This document shows, piece by piece, positions 41,472 through 51,882 of a stretch of 64,000 nt of DNA. Where the stretch lies: the NCBI GenBank assembly GCA_964234715.1, contig OZ174285.1; one strand, given 5' to 3'. Source of the DNA: Podarcis melisellensis. Its lineage: Eukaryota. The notes beneath the pieces were generated by a model, which did not search any database, had not been told where the DNA came from, and worked only from the letters and a program-made list of their open reading frames with translations. The stretch's first letter is position 1. Each line of letters starts with the position of its first letter. Position numbers and translations under genes: made by a program.

Positions 41472-41930
41472 GTTGTTGTTTAGTCGTTTAGTCGTGTCCG
41501 ACTCTTCGTGACCCCATAGACCAGAGCACGCCAGGCACTTCTGTCTTCCACTGCTTCCCGCAGTTTGGTCAGACTCATGTTTGTAGCTTCGAGAACACTG
41601 TCCAACCATCTCATCCTCTGTCGTCCCCTTCTCCTTGTGTCCTCCATCTTTCCCAACATCAGGGTCTTTTCCAGGGAGTCTTCTCTTCTCATGAGATGGC
41701 CAAAGTATTGGAGCCTCAGCTTCACGTTCTGTCCTTCCAGTGAGCACTCAGGGCTAATTTCCTTAAGAATGGATATGTTTGATGTTCTTGCAGTCCATGG
41801 GACTCTCAAGAGTCTCCTCCAGCACCATAATTCAAAAGAATCAATTCTTCGGCGATCAGCCTTCTTTATGGTCCAGCTCTCACTTCCATACATCACTACT
41901 GGGAAAACCATGGCTTTAACTATACGGACT
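41472..41930 (-). mobile_element. BovB LINE 3' fragment with TSD
   Basis: ORF MVFPVVMYGSESWTIKK...WRALVYGVTKSRTRLND; (AAC)n tail; 11-bp TSD TGTGTGTCCTT (41461-41471, 41931-41941). Confidence 0.95.
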
Positions 41931-42169
41931 TGTGTGTCCTTAGCTTAGACATATGTTTGAGCTGCATATGCCTGAGAGAAAATGTGTGCATGCGGACGCT
42001 CTCTCTCTCTCTCAAAGGGAATCTTGGTTTATGCATGTTTTTTAAAACCTAAAGTTCCCTTCAGAGGAGAATGAACCTCTGCACATGTTCATTCATTTTG
42101 TCCACAAAGCAATATTTTTTTAAAAAAATCAAAAGGGGACACCTTACTAGATTAACAGAAACTAGTTTA

Positions 42170-42529
42170 GGTAAAGGTAAAGGTACCCCTGCCCGTACGG
42201 GCCAGTCTTGCCAGACTCTGGGGTTGTGCGCCCATCTCACTCAAGAGGCCAGGGGCCAGCGCTGTCCGAAGACACTTCCGGGTCACGTGGCCAGCATGAC
42301 ATCGCTGCTCTGGCGAGCCAGAGCTGCACACGGAAACGCCGTTTACCTTCCCGCTAGAAAGCGGTCCCTATTTATCTACTTGCACCCGAGGGTGCTTTCG
42401 AACTGCTAGGTTGGCAGGCGCTGGGACCGAGCAGCGGGAGCGCACCCCGCCGCGGGGATTCGAACCGCGACCTTTCGATCGGCAAGCCCTAGGCGCTGAG
42501 GCTTTTACCCACAGTGCCACCCGCGTCCC
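42170..42529 (-). mobile_element. young full-length Sauria SINE (CpG-rich subfamily)
   Basis: Minus strand GGGACGCGGGTGGC head, B-box and (ACCTTT)n tail; exact 13-bp TSD AGAAACTAGTTTA (42157-42169, 42530-42542). Confidence 0.95.
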
Positions 42530-43847
42530 AGAAACTAGTTTATTACCTTCCTAATATATGCCAGATGACAGAATATCAATGTAAATTCATAGTTCCCCTC
42601 CAAAAAAAAGGTATGCAGAGCATTTTTGTTGCAATGTTCTTAGAAATCAGATAACCTAACCTTTATTTATCAACACATTTAGTAGTGTTTAATCAATTTG
42701 TGTTTCTAGTGTGTTACTGTTATCCCTTTAGCAGGTTATGTGAGCAAATGATACCAGGTAAAGAGGTGGTAGGAAGAGGAAATGCAAGCTGGAATACTCG
42801 TTTCACATCCAGTGCTGTCTTCTGTGAAAGATAGGATATTGAGCTAAGTGGACGATTGGTATGATCTACTAGAATTGTTCTGGTGGTCTTATCTGAAATT
42901 GCTTGCTTGTATGAAGAAAAAAGAAAGATCTGGAGTTCACCTTTAGCGAACATTCATTCCATCTGATGATTAGTTAATGGATTTCCCAAAGTAAAACAAA
43001 GCACTTTAAATGATCAAAGAATGCAGTGAAATAATTGCAGCACAGAATGGAACCAGTACAGATAGATGTGACACAAATACTGTTTAAAGTTAAAAGATGT
43101 TTAAACTTTTTAGAAACTATTTTTGTCAATATGATTGAGAAGTAAGGGAGAGATGAGCTAAGTTTTAATGTTTTACTGTTATTGCAATGCTAAGACACAT
43201 TGCAATAACAGTAAAACATCGTGGAAGCTCATCTCAGATTGGGGAAATAATTCCTTCAATATAGTACTATAGGAGAAATGTCCAAAATACGAGCAATGCT
43301 CACAGCTGAGAAAAACAAAGTATTGATCCATCACAAGGATCAAAATTATTTTTTACACTACATGCACAAAGGTGCACTCAGTGTTGAAAATTATCTGGAC
43401 CAGGACAGTTGCTGTCGGTGAGCAATGTTCACTGAAACTCCAGACTAGCAGACAGAGTAAAAATAATTACTTTTATAGCTCCCTGGAAGAAAAAAATCTA
43501 CTGAAGTAAACTGGTACTGAAGTTTTAAGTTTCAAGCAGTAACTCTTATTGACCCGCTGCCTTTCTTTAGATAAACAAAACTTTCAACTGTAAGTTAATT
43601 TCGCTCCATTAATTCTATGGCTGTCATATATGCAGAGCAATTATATTTAATGACTGTGGGCATCCGCAAAGAAGTTTTCCTACATGGGCCCATTGAAATA
43701 ACTGGGACAAGCACAATACTACAATATAAGCCTTATAAGATTTTAAAGAAGCAACTAGTAAAGAAGCAACTGGCATATTCTCACTGCCATTTTGCCAGCA
43801 TAATCTTACTTGCTGAGCATAATATACAGAGTTGTGTCAAACAAAGT

Positions 43848-43932
43848 CCTACTCAGAGTATACTCACTGAAAATGATGGATATAAGTTAGGCATCTCCAT
43901 TAATTTCAGTAGATCTACTTTTGAGTAGAACT
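43848..43932. repeat. short palindromic interspersed repeat (ACTCAGAGTA...TACTYTGAGT family)
   Basis: Imperfect palindrome, with related copies near 26368, 43994 and 58007. Confidence 0.6.
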
Positions 43933-45704
43933 AACATGAGCTTCAAAGTGTTCAAGTGTATGAATAATTTTACATGTTTCCAATGATAACCCACCTCAGA
44001 GCAGACACATTGAAATTAATGAACATGACTAGTGGTGGATACAGCTCATGGTAATACAAAAATCTCTTTATTGAAATCCGCTCAACTGACTGAAACTGTT
44101 GGTAAACTGCAGGTCAGCTTTCCTCCCATATTAAGAGTAGCCTTAAGAATTTATGGAGGTAGACTTCCACATTTTCTTGGTACTGATTTTAGTTATTATA
44201 GTTAAAGTAAGCACTGTACAGTATTTGTATAAAAGATTATGAGCATGAAAAGAACTGTGAACATGATTATCCAATTATTCAGAAATTACAGAGCTAAACA
44301 TCTTTATGCATTGTGTTCATCGGAAATTTCATTCCAATTGATACTTTAAAATTTGAGTTTGAATTCTGTCTCCCGTTATAAGAATAGTGATTTCCCCCCA
44401 CAGTATGGCATTCCTTAGTATCACTGCCACCACCATAGCTGTTGTCACCTTTATTAAATTATCCATTCATTTCTTTCTTTCTTTAGTTGTTTAGTATTGT
44501 GACTAACGATTGAAACAAGAAAATATAGTCTAGTTATCTCTTGTTTTTCTATTGAGGCATTATATTAGCTTGGATAAATTGGCACATATAGCCAGTATGC
44601 ATCTTTCCACCATTATCTGACCAAATAACTGCTCAAAAAGCATTATAAAATCACTATCACTACCTATGGTATTATTGTCTCTCCTCTTGAAGAGGAATTT
44701 TTCCATGTTGAAGTGCTGCTTTTTTTTTTTTTTTTTTTTGCATGTTCCCTCAGGATATGATTCTTATTAGTGAATATTTTGAAGACTGAAATTATGCTGC
44801 TAAATCTGAAGTATGCTGAAAAATACTTTAGGAGAAAGTAGCCTTTTTCAAGCCCTTAGGACTCAACATTTTTATTTGCATTTCCATCATGTTAATTACT
44901 GTTTAAAGAGTTCCCGGGGTGATTACACGCAACTATTTTCAAGAAGTTTTATCCCATTCTTTATACAGGACAGCTAATTAATGTTAGAAGCTTTATTAAT
45001 CTGCAGAAGATGCAATTAAGGTCTATCCAGTTACACCTTATCCTGGGATATGTATTGTAACTGTCATTATTTGGAAGTCATTTGATGAGTCCACTGAAAA
45101 TACATTGCTGTAAATTCTCTCATGCATGTCATTGACAACACAGCCTCAGTAGTTCTTCTGGGTTCAGTAGGACACAAATTGAAAGGTTTAATAATGAGAA
45201 CCTCTGAAGGGGGTGTCTGGAAACAGTTCCTTCATTACTTTTTAAGTCTGCTTGTGATGATTCACAGTGTGAAGCCCTTTTTAATTTTGTTCAATTTTCC
45301 CAGAGTCTCAGTAATACACAATCTAAGCATCCATTTATATTGATTTATATGAGCAAATGAGATCAACTCAAGTTTAGTTAATCATAATTAACTTAATGGC
45401 AAGATACAATATCGTGGTCACTGGCTGTGCCCCTCAATTTAGAGCTCTCTGTGTGTGTCACTGAACATTGGGTTATGAACAAATACAAAAGCCTTGTTAA
45501 GATTAATTCATGTTGAGGCTTGGAGTGATACCAACTGTCAGAAGCAAGAAAATTTGAAATTAAGGCTCATGCTTTGTTCCTATTTCCCTTGGATCTACAG
45601 ATATGTTGCGATGAATTCCCATATAATGTCATTTTATTCGGTGACCTGAGATGTAGGCAGAAGAAAAGCCCATTACAGTGAGCTGTGGATTTATTTTGAA
45701 TTTC

Positions 45705-48012
45705 TGTTTCTGTTTCGCAACCCAAAATACGCAACCCAAAAATGGCTACAATTATTTGACTCAATTCAGAGTAAAAACAACAAAGCGTTCTGGAACTTAG
45801 TGTATGGAGGATTGAAAGCCGAAAATCAACTAACTCTACCACCAATTGCAGAATCCAAATGGTCCCAATACTTTACATCTGTATTTAACAATCTACATAG
45901 TGAACTTAAAGGAAATGAAACCACTAAAAATAAAATTATTAAACTCCAGGAGTGGCCAAGGGTAGAGGAAGAGGAAATTAGAGAGATAGTAAAAAATTTC
46001 AAATCGGGGAAATCTCCTGGGCCAGACGGTCTACCAATAGAATTATTTAAGACCTATATAGATTGGTGGGCAGAACCCTTAGCCCAACTGTTTACGCTTA
46101 TAGATAAATATGGGATCATACCTGAGATATGGCTAAGATCAATAATTATTCCAATCTTTAAAAATGGCGACCCAAAAGAACCAAGGAATTATAGACCGAT
46201 AAGCCTTCTATCAGTGATAGGGAAAATCTACGCTAAGCACCTCTTATCTAAACTCCTTACCTGGATGAAAAATCTAAATTTACCAGGGAAAGAACAAATA
46301 GGTTTCTCCAAAGGTTGCTCTACACTAGACCACTGTCTTATTCTTATGCATCTGGTTGAAAAATACAGATCCCAAAGGCAATCTAAGATATACGCTGCTT
46401 TTGTAGACTTTTGTGGTGCATTCGACTCAATTGACCGCCCAAAGTTGTGGAGGAAACTCGCAGAATTAAAAATTGATCAGCGCCTATTGATCCTAATCCA
46501 AAATCTACACTCTTCCAATACCTGTCAAGTCAAACTTAACATCAAAGGTCACCTTTCATCAGACATCCCAATCTCGAAAGGGGTAAAACAAGGGTGCATT
46601 CTTGCCCCCTTTCTATTTAATTTATTTTTATCAGACTTGCCAGATTACCTTCAAAAAACAGAATCACATGCCCCTAAACTTAATCAGAAACCAGTTCCTC
46701 TCTTACTATACGCAGACGATGCTGTCCTACTATCCTTAACGAGCTTGGGTCTAAAACGTCTTATATCTTCACTGATCCTCTATTGCGAATGTAACAAACT
46801 CTCTATAAACTATGAGAAGACAAAAATTTTGGTCTTCTCGAATGGTTGGAAATTAGAGAAATGGAAAATAAGAGGGCAAGAAATCCAACAAGTGAAAATC
46901 TATAGGTATCTGGGAATCTTATTCCAGAGCAATTTAGGGTGGGCAACCCATCGCACAAACGCCATAAAACAGGCAAAGTGCACCTCATCAGCAGTTGCCC
47001 GTTTTTACTATCAGAAAGGTAATCAATTTATTCCTGCAGCCAATCAGATATTTCAAACAAAAGTGCAATCCCAGATATTCTATGGAATCCCGCTATGGGT
47101 CCAAGCATATAACAATGATTTAAAAAAGATTCACTCTAGCTTTCTGAGACGTATTCTTGGACTCCCAGCTATGATCAAATATGAAACAATGTGTGCAGAA
47201 ATAGGCATATACACAATGGAATATTGGGCATGGTCCACCTCAATAAAGTATTGGTTACGCTGCCACTTCCGCTGCCCTCCATCAAGTCTGCTCGCTGATT
47301 TGCTCAAAGACTCCTATAAATCAAGATGGTATCAGCACCTCGAAAAAAAGATTGAATCTTTAGGCGTCGAGCTGGAGTCCCTGTACAATTCTAATGAGCA
47401 ATATATTTCCCATAATATCCTAACTAGACTAAAGGATGTCGAGAGACAAAATATTATGGCAGCTGTAAACAAAATTTGCTCCCCCATATTCTATGAATTA
47501 AATATCTTAGATAGCAGAGCCAATTACGTCACTAAACTAATAATCCCAGCCCAACGTAGGGCTTTTATGCTGGCCCGCTTGAATGTTTTTCCCTCAGCAT
47601 TTGTCAGGGGAAGATATCAAAACATTCCTAGAAACAAGAGACTCTGCAGATGCTCTATGAATGTCCCGGACACTGTAGAGCATATTCTCCTTCATTGCCC
47701 ATTGTACAGTACGCTCCGTCAACGCGTGCTGTCCCCTCTTTTGGGTGGTCTGGAACCGCAGCAAGGTGAATGTGTGGGATTCTACCTATCCGACGTTGAC
47801 CAAAGGGTAACGGCGGGGGTAGCCGAGTTTTTGGCAGCAGTCCTCCAAGGAGCAGGTTAACAAGGAAAACCACTGACTCTATATGTATATATATATATGT
47901 ACTTAGCAAACTGCTGCCTTTTTTATATATATTTCAAGGCTTTTATATGTTATTTTCTCTTTTAAGGTTTTATTTCCATAATGCCTAATAAAGGTTTGAT
48001 AAAGTAAGTAAG
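45705..48012 (+). mobile_element. 5'-truncated non-LTR retrotransposon, RTE-X-like, young
   Basis: Exact 14-bp TSD TTATTTTGAATTTC (45691-45704, 48013-48026), AATAAA at 47987 and a (TAAG)n tail. The clade call comes from recalled C-terminal motifs. Confidence 0.9.
45800..47860 (+). CDS. LINE ORF2 reverse transcriptase (N-truncated, no endonuclease) with C-terminal CxC-x9-H-x4-C knuckle
   Basis: Motifs KSPGPDG, NYRPISLL, FVDFCGAFDS, GVKQGCILAP, LLYADD, YRYLG and RLCRC...HILLHC; 686 codons uninterrupted. Confidence 0.93.
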   Translation: MYGGLKAENQLTLPPIAESKWSQYFTSVFNNLHSELKGNETTKNKIIKLQEWPRVEEEEIREIVKNFKSGKSPGPDGLPIELFKTYIDWWAEPLAQLFTLIDKYGIIPEIWLRSIIIPIFKNGDPKEPRNYRPISLLSVIGKIYAKHLLSKLLTWMKNLNLPGKEQIGFSKGCSTLDHCLILMHLVEKYRSQRQSKIYAAFVDFCGAFDSIDRPKLWRKLAELKIDQRLLILIQNLHSSNTCQVKLNIKGHLSSDIPISKGVKQGCILAPFLFNLFLSDLPDYLQKTESHAPKLNQKPVPLLLYADDAVLLSLTSLGLKRLISSLILYCECNKLSINYEKTKILVFSNGWKLEKWKIRGQEIQQVKIYRYLGILFQSNLGWATHRTNAIKQAKCTSSAVARFYYQKGNQFIPAANQIFQTKVQSQIFYGIPLWVQAYNNDLKKIHSSFLRRILGLPAMIKYETMCAEIGIYTMEYWAWSTSIKYWLRCHFRCPPSSLLADLLKDSYKSRWYQHLEKKIESLGVELESLYNSNEQYISHNILTRLKDVERQNIMAAVNKICSPIFYELNILDSRANYVTKLIIPAQRRAFMLARLNVFPSAFVRGRYQNIPRNKRLCRCSMNVPDTVEHILLHCPLYSTLRQRVLSPLLGGLEPQQGECVGFYLSDVDQRVTAGVAEFLAAVLQGAG

Positions 48013-49339
48013 TTATTTTGAATTTCATGTAAAAAAAAAAACAAAAAACAGTTTAGATTATTAGTTTCAACAGATCTCTGACTGCTTTATTATCTTTTGA
48101 ATAATAAAGATGTAGACGTATTTTTATCTGTCCGTGCAAAGTTATTGATTCACTCTTGCTCCTTGGCCACTAGTTGAGAAATTTGTCGCCTCGTTTCCCA
48201 GTGAAGGTCAAAATATGCATTCGGAAAGAGGGAATTTAACTAGACTTGCTAAAGTTCTCAGAAAAACTAGACTGGCTGCTATAGGGATGTAGTCTGACTC
48301 ACTTCCTTCCATTTCCTCAGGGCATCATATTAGATTGGCTTCCCAGCATAGTCATGCCCCTGTATCCTCTGTATTTCACTATGGTCCCATATGTCATTTT
48401 TACAAACTGTGGTACGTCCACATGTGCACAAATGTATAACTACAAAATTACCACAGGAGACCTCGAGCAGCCTGAGGCAGGTGGCGCATACAGCTTTTCT
48501 TACTACAGCATTCTTCCCATCTAAAAAAAAATGATGGTAGGTCTGCTATGAAAATGTGTACAGACAATATCTCGGTCATCTGTTTTATTTTCTGAAAGAA
48601 TTTCCATGTTTCCTAACAATGTATTACAAACGCAACATTTAAATATTTATCTTCTGTTCGGCTTAGCTTGTAAGGAAGACAGTTTATTCACTTGTGAGTT
48701 ATATCACCATGCAAAATAACAGATGAGCTTTGTTTTAGCGTTTCAAATCAGAAAGCCCACGGTGACTCTCTTTTGTGTGAGTTGAGCATCCCGTCATATG
48801 CATGGGAGTAAGTCTCATTGTTGCCTGTGCGATTTGCTTCTGGGTAAATTGCATAGGGCTTGTGCTCAGAGGTAGCTAAGCACGTTCATGTCATAGTGAA
48901 TTGATGCCTCTAAAAGATGGTGTGGGCATGTCTGCCCATCATGGACTGTCTCATGAGAGCCATCAGTTAGAAAAGACTCATGCAGTTGGCTCCGCCCACA
49001 CGGCTGCAGCAATCTCACTCATACTGCAGCTGCATCAGAGAACACCTTGGGGAAGCAGCTCTCACACAGCTGCAAGTAGGTGTGAAGAGGACCATTATTT
49101 GAAGTCAGTGGTATCCTGTGAAGAGGACAACTCTAGGTGGCCCATTAGCTCAGAGGCTTTGTGCTGGATTAGATTCTCTGGAATGTTCACACAGGCTAGA
49201 ACATTAATAACCAGGATTTGTTCATATGGGGATGCTGAACAGCACAATCCTTTTATAAAGCCACAAAACTGAACAAGAGCTCTTTTGCCCAGTATCCTCA
49301 CAAATTATCTGTTACTTGTCAGTTAGCCATGTACTAACA

Positions 49340-49473
49340 TAAGGTTACCAGATTTTTTTCAATGAATCCGGGGGACACTTTTCAACTTCCTCCTAAATAG
49401 ATGGATTTTGTCAGGGGACTGATTTGTAAATCTGGAAACTGTCCCCAGGAAACGGGGACGTCTGATAACCTTA
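49340..49473. mobile_element. hAT (Blackjack-like) MITE
   Basis: TAAGGTTACCAGA...TCTGATAACCTTA ends; 8-bp TSD TACTAACA/CACTAACA. Confidence 0.85.
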
Positions 49474-51882
49474 CACTAACAGGTTGTGCTAACACCTGGA
49501 GTTACTTTTTCTCCTAGACAGGAAGAAAGTAACTATTGCCCAATTGTATTTCTCTTTGAATATGTTCAAATTTACATGTGTGTATTGATTGGCAATCCAA
49601 ATTACAAATGGGATCTAAAACAAAATGTAGTTTATCCTCACCTCCTAAACCACCAATGCCCTCCTCCCAAACCCTATGAGCTGTTGGGGGCTCTAGTAAA
49701 CCGAATCCAACCCACCCCCATCTCCCATTTTCAATAACCAATATTCTTTTTCTTTTTAAAAATCACATATTTCTCTTGCTAGTTGAAAGAAAAGGGGAGA
49801 GATTGCAAAGGACAGTTGAGTAGGAGAGATGAGATACAACTACCCACTTTCTAATATCTTCCTTACCTATCTTATGAGCCTCTCCTGCCTGTCTGCCAGC
49901 TGATCACAAACATTTTGAAGTTTCCTGGGTTGTGACAGCCAGCTACTCTCTCTTCACCATCCAATTCCATTACCCCTCTCCTGCTTCACAGAGCTTTCCT
50001 TCTTTAGAGTTCGAAATATTTTTTTATTTATTTTGTACTACTACCATTGTTGGACTACATTGGGCTGTTACCTCCCTCTTAAGCAAAGCTGATGCCATTT
50101 TGGTTGCATAACTTTGCAAATAGACATAACTATTATGTAAGACTGGGACTGAACACCACAGCCATCTCCATAATCTTTGTGTGCTGTTGGTTGAGCTGAG
50201 AAATTTCCAGGCCTCAACTGTTGCAGCACATTGATCAGGCAGATCACAGAGCAGCTTGGAATTTGTCATACAAGAAACCGTGCTCCTAAATCCCACAAAC
50301 AAAGCCATTTTCCTTTTGGCACTATCCACTGCATCAAGGAACAATTTATATGAAATTTATATGAAACTGCACTATACACAGGGTTTTTATTTACTCCTTT
50401 AATAGAAATAAAGTTGGTAAGCTTTTTATATTATTCAAAAACTGCTACTATGGCCTTTTACAGTTTAATATCTGAAGAGTTTTGTCAGCATATTTTAAAG
50501 GACTTGAGGAGCGAGACACTTGCTACTTCCCTAGAGATGAATATTCCACTGTCCAGTTGATCCATTATAAAAAGTTCTTAATAATGGGTCTACAGTTTTC
50601 TTAGTTCATTTCCGTTCTATTACACCAGCTATTTCCCACTGGTCTTCCCTAAACCATTTTCCAATTTTCCTTGTACTAAAGCCCTGCACTTTCTTGTAAG
50701 TGGCTATCATAGGCTACCTGATAGTTCATTGGCCAACTGATGACTGTAGTAAATATAATTTAAGGACAAGCACCATAAGAAGAAGGCCATTATCAGTAGC
50801 TGTTCAGTACTGGTTTCTAGTTGATACATAACTTATATAAATTAGATTTCTTTTATTTTATAACAAAAAAGCAAGTTCTACTGGTACCATGTTGCCTTTA
50901 AATGGACAGGAGGGATTGCAGAGAATGGAAAATGAGAAGCTCTTGCTTTGTTCTTCATTGTTGCTCAGGTGTCTTATCTTAACTTGTTCACATTTTATGT
51001 AGTGGGACTGGGGGAAAGAACAGCTCCACAGGGTCTAGGTTTTACCTTTATGGTAATTGGAGAGGTGCTCATGGGTATAGTAGTCCTTCAATAGGAAAAA
51101 AACAAATACACGGAAACCCGCTGGTATTTACAATGTGCGAGTATTGTAGTACAGGGTTTCCATCATTTGGTGTATATACAGTAATAAAATGGGATCCAAT
51201 TAGGGGATTGATGGATTAGCATAACTGACTGACCACTTCTTGATCAACTAAAAATAAAAGCTCAGCGAGTTGCTAGACAATCTGCCAATGCCTACTTGCT
51301 AAAGCTGTGTCAGAGCATTCAGCTCACTGCTGACAGCAGCAACACTCACAAAATGCCCCAGTTAGCCCCAAACCACAGCCACTTGTCCATTACCTGACAC
51401 GTTATGACATCATATGGCATCATATGATGATGACATATGACATCATAACGTGTGGCACCAAGTTCAAAAGGAAGAATCGGGAGTGCATTCAAAGTCAGAG
51501 TGTTCCATGAAGTATGGAACAGTTCTGAATCTGGCCTTCAATCCGGCTTTCAGCCCCATCATAACTTGTGAACATTTTCTTAGCAAGCACTTCCATCTTA
51601 CAGGTGTTGCTAGTTTGGCTATTTGCGCCAATATAATTTGCGCAAATCATTTTGTTCTAGCTAGGAAATTTCGCCGGTTTTGCTCACCAATGCAAGCACA
51701 CAGTCAGAATCACAGTCATTAAAAAAAAAATCCTTTAAAAGTGTAGGTGGTTTTAAGTAGCATATTTGTCAAGAATGTGCTAGAAATATATACGGTAATT
51801 GTCAAATAATATTAAGAGTGCTACAATTCATGGCATCACATTGCAAAACATGATTCTTACAATTGGCTTTGCAAGATTAACT

